From Eledone cirrhosa (lineage: Eukaryota): a stretch of 64,000 nt of DNA. The position numbers and the translations under genes are program-made. The notes under the pieces are model-generated. The model did no database searches and was not told the origin of the DNA. It saw only the letters and a list, made by a program, of their open reading frames with translations. Shown piece by piece: positions 37,201-51,400 of this stretch (position 1 is the first letter of the stretch; every line of letters starts with the position of its first letter). Location of the stretch: positions 101,060,001 to 101,124,000 of the forward strand of contig OZ024744.1 of the NCBI GenBank assembly GCA_964016885.1, written 5' to 3'.

Positions 37201-37550
37201 GGTTAACACTAAAGTTATTGTATATAGTTCCTAATTTGGACAGAGATTGTTGTCAGCTCCCATTTGGTGTAAAGGTTAACACTAAAGTTATTGTATATTG
37301 TTCCTAATTTGGACAGAGATTGTTGTCAGCTCCCATTTGGTGTAAAGGCTAACACTAAAGTTATTGTATATAGTTCCTATTTTGGACAGGGACTGTTGTC
37401 AGCTCCCATTTGGTGTAAAGGTTAACACTAAAGTTATTGTATATAGTTCCTATTTTGGACAGGGACTGTTGTCAGCTCCCATTTGGTGTAAAGGCTAACA
37501 CTAAAGTTATTGTATATAGTTCCTATTTTGGACAGGGACTGTTGTCAGCT
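28230..37550. repeat. Near-identical tandem duplication of a 4,658-bp (~64-monomer) satellite block; boundaries approximate
   Basis: Rare markers recur at +4658: GGTCT 28291/32949, TCCCCTTTGGTTT 28451/33109, TCCCAATTTGG 29907/34565, AAAGTTAAC 32395/37053. Confidence 0.9.
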
Positions 37551-40500
37551 CCCATTTGGTGTAAAGGTTAACACTAAAGTTATTGTATATAGTTCCTAAT
37601 TTGTACAGAGACTGTTGTCAGCTCCCAGTTGGTGTAAAGGTTAACACTAAAGTTATTGTATATAGTTCCTATTTTGGACAGGGACTGTTGTCAGCTCCCA
37701 TTTGGTGTAAAGGCTAACACTAAAGTTATTGTATATAGTTCCTATTTTGGACAGGGACTGTTGTCAGCTTCCATTTGGTGTAAAGGTTAACACTAAAGTT
37801 ATTGTATATAGTTCCTAATTTGTACAGAGACTGTTGTCAGCTCCCATTTGGTGTAAAGGTTATCACTAAAGTTATTGTTTATAGTTCCTAATTTGGACAG
37901 AGACAGTTGTCAGTTCCCATTTGGTGTAAAGTTTAACACTAAAGTTATTGTATATAGTTCATAATTTGGACAGAGACTGTCAGCTCCCATTTGGTGTAAA
38001 GGTTAACACTAAAGTTATTGTATATAGTTCCTAATTTGGACAGGGACTGTTGTCAGCTCCCATTTGGTGTAAAGATTAACACTAAAGTTATTGTTTATAG
38101 TTCCTAATTTGGACAGAGACAGTTGTCAGTTCCCATTTGGTGTAAAGTTTAACACTAAAGTTATTGTATATAGTTCCTAATTTGGAAAGGGACTGTTGTC
38201 AGCTCCCATTTGATGTAAAGGTTAACACTAAAGTTATTGTATATAGTTCCTAATTTGGACAGAGACTGTTGTCAGCTCCCATTTGATGTAAAGGTTAACA
38301 CTAAAGTTATCGTATATAGTTCCTAATTTGGACAGAGACAGTTGTCAGCTCCCATTTGATGTAAAGGTTAACACTAAAGTTATTGTATATAGTTCCTAAT
38401 TTGGAAAGGGACTGTTGTCAGCTCCCATTTGATGTAAAGGTTAACACTAAAGTTATTGTATATAGTTCCTAATTTGGACAGAGACTGTTGTCAGCTCCCA
38501 TTTGATGTAAAGGTTAACACTAAAGTTATTGTATATAGTTCCTAATTTGGACAGAGACTGTTGTCAGCTCCCATTTGATGTAAAGGTTAACACTAAAGTT
38601 ATTGTATATAGTTCCTAATTTGGACAGAGACAGTTGTCAGCTCCCATTTGGTGTAATGGTTAACACTAAAGTTATTGTATATAGTTCCTAATTTGGACAG
38701 AGACAGTTGTCAGCTCCCATTTGGTGTAATGGTTAACACTAAAGTTATTGTATATAGTTCCTAATTTGGACAGAGACAGTTGTCAGCTCCTATTTGGTGT
38801 AATGGTTAACAGTAAAGTTATTGTATATAGTTCCTAATTTGGACAGAGACTGTTGTCAGCTCCCATTTGGTGTAAAGGTTAACACTAAAGTTATTGTATA
38901 TAGTTCCTAATTTGGACAGAGACTGTTGTCAGTTCCCGTTTGGTGTAAAGGTTAACACTAAAGTTATTGTATATAGTTCCTAATTTGGACAGAGACTGTT
39001 GTCAGCTCCCATTTGGTGTAAAGGTTAACACTAAAGTTATTGTATATAGTTCCTAATTTGGACAGGGACTGTTGTTAGCTCCCATTTGGTGTAAAGGTTA
39101 ACACTAAAGTTATTGTATATAGTTCCTAATTTGGACAGAGACTGTTGTCAGCTCCCATTTGGTGTAAAGGTTAACACTAAAGTTATTGTATATAGTTCCT
39201 AATTTGGACAGAGACTGTTGTCAGCTCCCATTTGGTGTAAAGGTTAACACTAAAGTTATTGTATATAGTTCCTAATTTGGACAGAGACTGTTGTCAGTTC
39301 CCGTTTGGTGTAAAGGTTAACACTAAAGTTATTGTATATAGTTCCTAATTTGGACAGAGACTGTTGTTAGCTCCCATTTGGTGTAAAGGTTAACACTAAA
39401 GTTATTGTAAATAGTCCCTAATTTGGACAGAGACAGTTGTCAGCTCCCATTTGGTGTAAAGGTTAACACTAAAGTTATTGTATATAGTTCCTAATTTGGA
39501 CAGGCACTGTTGTCAACTCCCATTTGGTGTAAAGGTTAACACTAAAGTTATTGTATATAGTTCCTATTTTGGACAAAGACAGTTGTCAGCTCCCATTTGG
39601 TGTAAAGGTTAACACTAAAGTTATTGTATATAGTTCCTATTTTGGACAGGGACTGTTGTCAGCTCCCATTTGGTGTAAAGGTTAACACTAAAGTATTTGT
39701 ATATAGTTCCTAATTTGGACAGAGACAGTTGTCAGCTCCCATTTGGTGTAAAGGTTAACACTAAAGTTATTGTATATAGTTCCTATTTTGGACAGGGACT
39801 GTTGTCAGCTCCCATTTGGTGTAAAGGTTAACACTAAAGTATTTGTATATAGTTCCTAATTTGGACAAAGACAGTTGTCAGCTCCCATTTGGTGTAAAGG
39901 TTAACACTAAAGTTATTGTATATAGTCCCTAATTTTGACAGGGACTGTTGTCAGCTCCCATTTAGTGTAAAGGTTAACACTAAAGTTATTGTATATAGTT
40001 CCTAATTTGAACAGAGACTGTTGTCAGCTCCCATTTGGTGTAAAGGTTAACACTAAAGTTATTGTATATAGTTTTTAATTTGGACAGGGACTGTTGTCAG
40101 CTCCCATTTGGTGTAAAGGCTAACACTAAATTTATTGTATATAGTTCCTACTTTGGACAGGGACTGTTCGCAGCTCCCATTTGGTGTAATGGTTAACACT
40201 GAATTTATTGTATATAGTTCCTAATTTGGACAGGGACAGTTGTCAGCTCCCATTTGCTGTAAAGGTTAACACTAAAGTTATTGTATATAGTTCCTAATTT
40301 GGACAGAGACTGTTGTCAGCTCCCATTTGGTGTAAAGTTAACACTAAAGTTATTGTATATAGTTCCTAATTTGGACAGAGACTGTTGTCAGCTCCCATTT
40401 GGTGTAAAGGTTAACACTAAAGTTATTGTATATAGTTCCTAATTTGGACAGGGACTGTTGTCAGCTCCCATTCGGTGTAAAGGTTATCACTAAAGTTATT

Positions 40501-43500
40501 GTATATAGTTCCTAATTTGGACAGGGACTGTTGTCAGCTCCCATTCGGTGTAAAGGTTATCACTAAAGTTATTGTATATAGTTCCTAATTTAGACAGGGA
40601 CTGTTGTCAGCTCCCATTTGGTGTAAAGGTTATCACTAAAGTTATTGTATATAGTTCCTAATTTGGACAGGGACTGTTGTCAGCTCCCATTCGGTGTAAA
40701 GGTTATCACTAAAGTTATTGTATATAGTTCCTAATTTAGACAGGGACTGTTGTCAGCTCCCATTTGGTGTAAAGGTTAACACTAAAGTTATTGTATATAG
40801 TTCCTAATTTGGACAGGGACTGTTGTCAGCTCCCATTCGGTGTAAAGGTTATCACTAAAGTTATTGTATATAGTTCCTAATTTGGACAGGGACTGTTGTC
40901 AGCTCCCATTCGGTGTAAAGGTTATCACTAAAGTTATTGTATATAGTTCCTAATTTAGACAGGGACTGTTGTCAGCTCCCATTTGGTGTAAAGGTTAACA
41001 CTAAAGTTATTGTTTATAGTTCCTAATTTGGACAGGGACTGTTGTCAGCTCCCATTCGGTGTAAAGGTTATCACTAAAGTTATTGTATATAGTTCCTAAT
41101 TTGGACAGAGACAGTTGTCAGCTCCCATTTGGTGTAAAGGTTAACACTAAAGTTATTGTTTATAGTTCCTAATTTGGACAGGGACTGTTGTCAGCTCCCA
41201 TTTGGTGTAAAGGCTAACACTAAAGTTATTGTATATAGTTCCTATTTTGGACAGGGACTGTTGTCAGCTCCCATTTGGTGTAAAGGTTAACACTAAAGTT
41301 ATTGTATATAGTTCCTAATTTGTACAGAGACTGTTGTCAGCTCCCAGTTGGTGTAAAGGTTAACACTAAAGTTATTGTATATAGTTCCTATTTTGGACAG
41401 GGACTGTTGTCAGCTCCCATTTGGTGTAAAGGCTAACACTAAAGTTATTGTATATAGTTCCTATTTTGGACAGGGACTGTTGTCAGCTTCCATTTGGTGT
41501 AAAGGTTAACACTAAAGTTATTGTATATAGTTCCTAATTTGTACAGAGACTGTTGTCAGCTCCCATTTGGTGTAAAGGTTATCACTAAAGTTATTGTTTA
41601 TAGTTCCTAATTTGGACAGAGACAGTTGTCAGTTCCCATTTGGTGTAAAGTTTAACACTAAAGTTATTGTATATAGTTCATAATTTGGACAGAGACTGTC
41701 AGCTCCCATTTGGTGTAAAGGTTAACACTAAAGTTATTGTATATAGTTCCTAATTTGGACAGGGACTGTTGTCAGCTCCCATTTGGTGTAAAGATTAACA
41801 CTAAAGTTATTGTTTATAGTTCCTAATTTGGACAGAGACAGTTGTCAGTTCCCATTTGGTGTAAAGTTTAACACTAAAGTTATTGTATATAGTTCCTAAT
41901 TTGGAAAGGGACTGTTGTCAGCTCCCATTTGATGTAAAGGTTAACACTAAAGTTATTGTATATAGTTCCTAATTTGGACAGAGACTGTTGTCAGCTCCCA
42001 TTTGATGTAAAGGTTAACACTAAAGTTATTGTATATAGTTCCTAATTTGGACAGAGACAGTTGTCAGCTCCCATTTGATGTAAAGGTTAACACTAAAGTT
42101 ATTGTATATAGTTCCTAATTTGGAAAGGGACTGTTGTCAGCTCCCATTTGATGTAAAGGTTAACACTAAAGTTATTGTATATAGTTCCTAATTTGGACAG
42201 AGACTGTTGTCAGCTCCCATTTGATGTAAAGGTTAACACTAAAGTTATTGTATATAGTTCCTAATTTGGACAGAGACTGTTGTCAGCTCCCATTTGATGT
42301 AAAGGTTAACACTAAAGTTATTGTATATAGTTCCTAATTTGGACAGAGACTGTTGTCAGCTCCTATTTGGTGTAATGGTTAACAGTAAAGTTATTGTATA
42401 TAGTTCCTAATTTGGACAGAGACTGTTGTCAGCTCCCATTTGGTGTAAAGGTTAACACTAAAGTTATTGTATAGTTCCTAATTTGGACAGGGACTGTTGT
42501 TAGCTCCCATTTGGTGTAAAGGTTAACACTAAAGTTATTGTATATAGTTCCTAATTTGGACAGAGACAGTTGTCAGCTCCCATTTGGTGTAAAGGTTAAC
42601 ACTAAAGTTATTGTACATAGTCCCTAATTTTGACAGGGATTGTTGTCAACTCCAATTTGGTGTAAAGGTTAACACTAAAGTTGTATATAGTTCCTAATTT
42701 GGACAGGGACTGTTGTCAACTCCCATTTGGTGTGAAAGTTAACACTAAAGTTATTGTATATAGTTCCTAATTTGGACAGAGACAGTTGTCAGCTCCCATT
42801 TGGTGTAAAGGTTAACACTAAAGTTATTGTATATAGTCCCTAATTTGGACAGAGACAGTTGTCAGCTCCCATTTGGTGTAATGGTTAACACTAAAGTTAT
42901 TGTATATAGTTCCTAATTTGGACAGAGACTGTTGTCAGCTCCCATTTGGTGTAAAGGTTAACACTAAAGTTATTGTATAGTTCCTAATTTGGACAGGGAC
43001 TGTTGTTAGCTCCCATTTGGTGTAAAGATTAACACTGAAGCTATTATATATAGTTCCTAATTTGGACAGAGACTGTTGTCAGCTCCCATTTGGTGTAAAG
43101 GTTAACACTAAAGTTATTGTATATAGTCCCTAATTTGGACAGGGACTGTTGTCAGCTCCCATTTGGTGTAAAGGTTAACACTAAAGTTATTGTATATAGT
43201 CCCTAATTTGGACAGGGACTGTTGTCAGCTCCCATTTGGTGTAAAGGTTAACACTAAAGTTATTGTATATAGTCCCTAATTTGGACAGGGACTGTTGTCA
43301 GCTCCCATTTGGTGTAAATGTTAACACTAAAGTTATTATATATAGTTCCTAATTTGGACAGAGACTGTTGTCAGCTCCCATTTGGTGTAAAGGTTAACAC
43401 TAAAGTTATTGTATATAGTCCCTAATTTGGACAGGGACTGTTGTTAGCTCCCATTTGGTGTAAATGTTAACACTAAAGTTATTGTATATGGTTTTTTATT

Positions 43501-46500
43501 TGGACAGGGACTGTTGTCAGTTCCCATTTGGTGTAAAGGTTAACACTAAAGTTATTGTATATAGTTCCTAATTTGGACAGAGATTGTTGTCAGCTCCCAT
43601 TTGGTGTAAAGGTTAACACTAAAGTTATTGTATATTGTTCCTAATTTGGACAGAGATTGTTGTCAGCTCCCATTTGGTGTAAAGGCTAACACTAAAGTTA
43701 TTGTATATAGTTCCTATTTTGGACAGGGACTGTTGTCAGCTCCCATTTGGTGTAAAGGTTAACACTAAAGTTATTGTATATAGTTCCTATTTTGGACAGG
43801 GACTGTTGTCAGCTCCCATTTGGTGTAAAGGCTAACACTAAAGTTATTGTATATAGTTCCTATTTTGGACAGGGACTGTTGTCAGCTCCCATTTGGTGTA
43901 AAGGTTAACACTAAAGTTATTGTATATAGTTCCTAATTTGTACAGAGACTGTTGTCAGCTCCCAGTTGGTGTAAAGGTTAACACTAAAGTTATTGTATAT
44001 AGTTCCTATTTTGGACAGGGACTGTTGTCAGCTCCCATTTGGTGTAAAGGCTAACACTAAAGTTATTGTATATAGTTCCTATTTTGGACAGGGACTGTTG
44101 TCAGCTTCCATTTGGTGTAAAGGTTAACACTAAAGTTATTGTATATAGTTCCTAATTTGTACAGAGACTGTTGTCAGCTCCCATTTGGTGTAAAGGTTAT
44201 CACTAAAGTTATTGTTTATAGTTCCTAATTTGGACAGAGACAGTTGTCAGTTCCCATTTGGTGTAAAGTTTAACACTAAAGTTATTGTATATAGTTCATA
44301 ATTTGGACAGAGACTGTCAGCTCCCATTTGGTGTAAAGGTTAACACTAAAGTTATTGTATATAGTTCCTAATTTGGACAGGGACTGTTGTCAGCTCCCAT
44401 TTGGTGTAAAGATTAACACTAAAGTTATTGTTTATAGTTCCTAATTTGGACAGAGACAGTTGTCAGTTCCCATTTGGTGTAAAGTTTAACACTAAAGTTA
44501 TTGTATATAGTTCCTAATTTGGAAAGGGACTGTTGTCAGCTCCCATTTGATGTAAAGGTTAACACTAAAGTTATTGTATATAGTTCCTAATTTGGACAGA
44601 GACTGTTGTCAGCTCCCATTTGATGTAAAGGTTAACACTAAAGTTATTGTATATAGTTCCTAATTTGGACAGAGACAGTTGTCAGCTCCCATTTGATGTA
44701 AAGGTTAACACTAAAGTTATTGTATATAGTTCCTAATTTGGAAAGGGACTGTTGTCAGCTCCCATTTGATGTAAAGGTTAACACTAAAGTTATTGTATAT
44801 AGTTCCTAATTTGGACAGAGACTGTTGTCAGCTCCCATTTGATGTAAAGGTTAACACTAAAGTTATTGTATATAGTTCCTAATTTGGACAGAGACTGTTG
44901 TCAGCTCCCATTTGATGTAAAGGTTAACACTAAAGTTATTGTATATAGTTCCTAATTTGGACAGAGACAGTTGTCAGCTCCCATTTGGTGTAATGGTTAA
45001 CACTAAAGTTATTGTATATAGTTCCTAATTTGGACAGAGACAGTTGTCAGCTCCCATTTGGTGTAATGGTTAACACTAAAGTTATTGTATATAGTTCCTA
45101 ATTTGGACAGAGACAGTTGTCAGCTCCTATTTGGTGTAATGGTTAACAGTAAAGTTATTGTATATAGTTCCTAATTTGGACAGAGACTGTTGTCAGCTCC
45201 CATTTGGTGTAAAGGTTAACACTAAAGTTATTGTATAGTTCCTAATTTGGACAGGGACTGTTGTTAGCTCCCATTTGGTGTAAAGGTTAACACTAAAGTT
45301 ATTGTATATAGTTCCTAATTTGGACAGAGACAGTTGTCAGCTCCCATTTGGTGTAAAGGTTAACACTAAAGTTATTGTACATAGTCCCTAATTTTGACAG
45401 GGATTGTTGTCAACTCCAATTTGGTGTAAAGGTTAACACTAAAGTTGTATATAGTTCCTAATTTGGACAGGGACTGTTGTCAACTCCCATTTGGTGTGAA
45501 AGTTAACACTAAAGTTATTGTATATAGTTCCTAATTTGGACAGAGACAGTTGTCAGCTCCCATTTGGTGTAAAGGTTAACACTAAAGTTATTGTATATAG
45601 TCCCTAATTTGGACAGAGACAGTTGTCAGCTCCCATTTGGTGTAATGGTTAACACTAAAGTTATTGTATATAGTTCCTAATTTGGACAGAGACTGTTGTC
45701 AGCTCCCATTTGGTGTAAAGGTTAACACTAAAGTTATTGTATATAGTTCCTAATTTGGACAGAGACTGTTGTCAGCTCCCATTTGATGTAAAGGTTAACA
45801 CTAAAGTTATTGTATATAGTTCCTAATTTGGACAGAGACTGTTGTCAGCTCCCATTTGGTGTAAAGGTTAACACTAAAGTTATTGTATAGTTCCTAATTT
45901 GGACAGGGACTGTTGTTAGCTCCCATTTGGTGTAAAGATTAACACTAAAGCTATTATATATAGTTCCTAATTTGGACAGAGACTGTTGTCAGCTCCCATT
46001 TGGTGTAAAGGTTAACACTAAAGTTATTGTATATAGTCCCTAATTTGGACAGGGACTGTTGTCAGCTCCCATTTGGTGTAAAGGTTAACACTAAAGTTAT
46101 TGTATATAGTTCCTAATTTCGACAGAGACTGTTGTCAGCTCCCATTTGGTGTAAAGGTTAACACTAAAGTTATTGTATAGTTCCTAATTTGGACAGGGAC
46201 TGTTGTCAACTCCCATTTGGTGTGAAAGTTAACACTAAAGTTATTGTATATAGTTCCTAATTTGGACAGGGACTGTTGTCAGCTCCCATTTGGTGTAAAG
46301 GTTAACACTAAAGTTATTGTATATAGTTCCTAATTTGGACAGAGACTGTTGTCAGCTCCCATTTGGTGTAAAGGTTAACACTAAAATTATTGTATATAGT
46401 TCCTAATTTGGACAGAGACTGTTGTCAGCTCTCATTTGGTGTAAAGGTTAACACTAAAGTTATTGTATATAGTTCCTAATTTGGACAGGGACAGTTGTCA

Positions 46501-48449
46501 GCTCCCATTTGGTGTAATGGTTAACACTGAAGTTATTGTATATAGTCCCTAATTTGGACAGGGACTGTTGTCAGCTCCCATTTGGTGTAAATGTTAACAC
46601 TAAAGTTATTATATATAGTTCCTAATTTGGAAAGGGACTGTTGTCAGCTCCCATTTGGTGTAAAGGTTAACACTAAAGTTATTGTATATAGTCCCTAATT
46701 TGGACAGGGACTGTTGTTAGCTCCCATTTGGTGTAAATGTTAACACTAAAGTTATCGTATATGGTTTTTTATTTGGACAGGGACTGTTGTCAGTTCCCAT
46801 TTGGTGTAAAGGTTAACACTAAAGTTATTGTATATAGTTCCTAATTTGGACAGAGATTGTTGTCAGCTCCCATTTGGTGTAAAGGTTAACACTAAAGTTA
46901 TTGTATATTGTTCCTAATTTGGACAGAGATTGTTGTCAGCTCCCATTTGGTGTAAAGGCTAACACTAAAGTTATTGTATATAGTTCCTATTTTGGACAGG
47001 GACTGTTGTCAGCTCCCATTTGGTGTAAAGGTTAACACTAAAGTTATTGTATATAGTTCCTATTTTGGGCAGGGACTGTTGTCAGCTCCCATTTGGTGTA
47101 AAGGCTAACACTAAAGTTATTGTATATAGTTCCTATTTTGGACAGGGACTGTTGTCAGCTCCCATTTGGTGTAAAGGTTAACACTATAGTTATTGTATAT
47201 AGTTCCTAATTTGTACAGAGACTGTTGTCAGCTCCCAGTTGGTGTAAAGGTTAACACTAAAGTTATTGTATATAGTTCCTATTTTGGACAGGGACTGTTG
47301 TCAGCTCCCATTTGGTGTAAAGGCTAACACTAAAGTTATTGTATATAGTTCCTATTTTGGACAGGGACTGTTGTCAGCTTCCATTTGGTGTAAAGGTTAA
47401 CACTAAAGTTATTGTATATAGTTCCTAATTTGTACAGAGACTGTTGTCAGCTCCCATTTGGTGTAAAGGTTATCACTAAAGTTATTGTTTATAGTTCCTA
47501 ATTTGGACAGAGACAGTTGTCAGTTCCCATTTGGTGTAAAGTTTAACACTAAAGTTATTGTATATAGTTCATAATTTGGACAGAGACTGTCAGCTCCCAT
47601 TTGGTGTAAAGGTTAACACTAAAGTTATTGTATATAGTTCCTAATTTGGACAGGGACTGTTGTCAGCTCCCATTTGGTGTAAAGATTAACACTAAAGTTA
47701 TTGTTTATAGTTCCTAATTTGGACAGAGACAGTTGTCAGTTCCCATTTGGTGTAAAGTTTAACACTAAAGTTATTGTATATAGTTCCTAATTTGGAAAGG
47801 GACTGTTGTCAGCTCCCATTTGATGTAAAGGTTAACACTAAAGTTATCGTATATAGTTCCTAATTTGGACAGAGACTGTTGTCAGCTCCCATTTGATGTA
47901 AAGGTTAACACTAAAGTTATTGTATATAGTTCCTAATTTGGACAGAGACAGTTGTCAGCTCCCATTTGATGTAAAGGTTAACACTAAAGTTATTGTATAT
48001 AGTTCCTAATTTGGAAAGGGACTGTTGTCAGCTCCCATTTGATGTAAAGGTTAACACTAAAGTTATTGTATATAGTTCCTAATTTGGACAGAGACTGTTG
48101 TCAGCTCCCATTTGATGTAAAGGTTAACACTAAAGTTATTGTATATAGTTCCTAATTTGGACAGAGACTGTTGTCAGCTCCCATTTGATGTAAAGGTTAA
48201 CACTAAAGTTATTGTATATAGTTCCTAATTTGGACAGAGACAGTTGTCAGCTCCCATTTGGTGTAATGGTTAACACTAAAGTTATTGTATATAGTTCCTA
48301 ATTTGGACAGAGACAGTTGTCAGCTCCCATTTGGTGTAATGGTTAATACTAAAGTTATTGTATATAGTTCCTAATTTGGACAGAGACAGTTGTCAGCTCC
48401 TATTTGGTGTAATGGTTAACAGTAAAGTTATTGTATATAGTTCCTAATT

Positions 48450-51400
48450 TGGACAGAGACTGTTGTCAGCTCCCATTTGGTGTAAAGGTTAACACTAAAG
48501 TTATTGTATAGTTCCTAATTTGGACAGGGACTGTTGTTAGCTCCCATTTGGTGTAAAGATTAACACTAAAGCTATTATATATAGTTCCTAATTTGGACAG
48601 AGACTGTTGTCAGCTCCCATTTGGTGTAAAGGTTAACACTAAAGTTATTGTATAGTTCCTAATTTGGACAGAGACTGTTATCAGCTCCTATTTGGTGTAA
48701 AGGTTAACACTAAAGTTATTGTATATAGTCCCTAATTTGGACAGAGACAGTTGTCAGCTCCCATTTGGTGTAATGGTTAACACTAAAGTTATTGTATATA
48801 GTTCCTAATTTGGACAGAGACTGTTGTCAGCTCCCATTTGGTGTAAAGGTTAACACTAAAGTTATTGTATAGTTCCTAATTTGGACAGGGACTGTTGTTA
48901 GCTCCCATTTGGTGTAAAGGTTAAAACTAAAGCTATTATATATAGTTCCTAATTTGGACAGAGACTGTTGTCAGCTCCCATTTGGTGTAAAGGTTAACAC
49001 TAAAGTTATTGTATAGTTCCTAATTTGGACAGGGACAGTTGTCAGCTCCCATTTGGTGTAAAGGTTAACACTAAAGTTATTGTATATAGTTCCTAATTTG
49101 GACAGAGACTGTTGTCAGCTCCCATTTGGTGTAAAGGTTAACACTAAAGTTATTGTATATAGTTCCTAATTTAGACAGGGACTGTTGTCAGCTCCCATTC
49201 GGTGTAAAGGTTAACACTGAAGTTATTGTATATAGTTCCTAATTTGGACAGGGACTGTTGTCAGCTCCCATTTGGTGTAAAGGTTATCACTAAAGTTATT
49301 GTATAGTTCCTAATTTGGACAGGGACAGTTGTCAACTCCCATTTGGTGTAAAGGTTAACACTAAAGTTATTGTATATAGTTCCTAATTTGGACAGGGACT
49401 GTTGTCAGCTCCCATTTGGTGTAAAGGTTAACACTAAAGTTATTGTATATAGTTCCTATTTTGGACAGGGACAGTTGTCAACTCCCATTTGGTGTAAAGG
49501 TTAACACTAAAGTTATTGTATATAGTTCCTAATTTGGACAGGGACTGTTGTTAGCTCCCATTTGGTGTAAAGATTAACACTAAAGCTATTATATGTAGAT
49601 CCTAATTTGGACAGGGACTGTTGTCAGCTCCCATTTGGTGTAAAGGTTAACACTAAAGTGATAGTATATAGTTCCTATTTTGGACAGGGACTGTTGTCAG
49701 CTCCCATTTGGTGTAAAGGTTAACACTAAAGTTATTGTATAGTTCCTAATTTGGACAGCGACAGTTGTCAGCTCCCATTTGGTGTAAAGCTTAACACTAA
49801 AGTTATTGTATAGTTCCTAATTTGGACAGGGACTGTTGTCAGCTCCCATTTGGTGTAAAGGTTAACACTAAAGTTATTGTATATAGTTCCTATTTTGGAC
49901 AGGGACTGTTGTCAGCTCCCATTTGGTGTAAAGGTTAACACTAAAGTTATTGTATATAGTTCCTAATTTGGACAGAGATTGTTGTCAGCTCCCATTTGGT
50001 GTAAAGGTTAACACTAAAGTTATTGTATATAGTTCCTAATTTGGACAGAGATTGTTGTCAGCTCCCATTTGGTGTAAAGGCTAACACTAAAGTTATTGTA
50101 TATAGTTCCTATTTTGGACAGGGACTGTTGTCAGCTCCCATTTGGTGTAAAGGCTAACACTAAAGTTATTGTATATAGTTCCTATTTTGGACAGGGACTG
50201 TTGTCAGCTCCCATTTGGTGTAAAGGCTAACACTAAAGTTATTGTATATAGTTCCTATTTTGGACAGGGACTGTTGTCAGCTCCCATTTGGTGTAAAGGT
50301 TAACACTAAAGTTATTGTATATAGTTCCTAATTTGGACAGAGACAGTTGTCAGCTCCCATTTGATGTAAAGGTTAACACTAAAGTTATTGTATATAGTTC
50401 CTAATTTGGACAGAGACTGTTGTCAGCTCCCATTTGGTGTAAAGGTTAACACTAAAGTTATTGTATAGTTCCTAATTTGGACAGGGACTGTTGTTAGCTC
50501 CCATTTGGTGTAAAGATTAACACTAAAGCTATTATATATAGTTCCTAATTTGGACAGGGACTGTTGTCAGCTCCCATTTGGTGTAAAGGTTCACACTAAA
50601 GTTATTGTACATAGTCCCTAATTTTGACAGGGACTGTTGTCAGCTCCCATTTGGTGTAAAGGTTAACACTAAAGTTATTGTATATAGTTCCTAATTTGGA
50701 CAGGGACTGTTGTCAGCTCCCATTTGGTGTAAAGGTTAACACTAAAGTTGTATATAGTTCCTAATTTGGACAGGGACTGTTGTCAACTCCCATTTGGTGT
50801 AAAGGTTAACACTAAAGTTATTATATAGTTCCTAATTTAGACAGGGACTGTTGTCAGCTCCCATTTGTTGTAATGGTTAACACTAAAGTTATTGTATATA
50901 GTTCCTAATTTGGACAGAGACTTGTCAGCTCCCATTTGGTGTAAAGCTTAACACTAAAGTTATTGTATAGTTCCTAATATGGACAGGGACTGTTGTCAGC
51001 TCCCATTTGGTGTAAAGGTTAACACTAAAGTTATTGTATATAGTTCCTAATTTGGACAGGGACTGTTGTCAGCTCCCATTTGGTGTAGAAGTTTAACACT
51101 AAAGTCATTATATATAGTTCCTAGTTTGGACAGGGAGTGTTGTCAGCTCCCATTTGGTGTAAAGGTTAACACTAAAGTTATTGTATATAGTTCCTAATTT
51201 GGACAGGGACTGTTGTCAGCTCCCATTTTGTGTAAAGGTTAACACTAAAGTTTTTGTATATAGTTCCTAATTTGGACAAAGACTGTTGTCAGCTCCCATC
51301 TGGTGTAAATGTTAACACTAAAGTTAGTCTATATAGTTCCTAATTTGGATAGGGACTGTTGTCAGCTCCCATTTGGTGTAAAGGTTAACACTAAAGTTAT

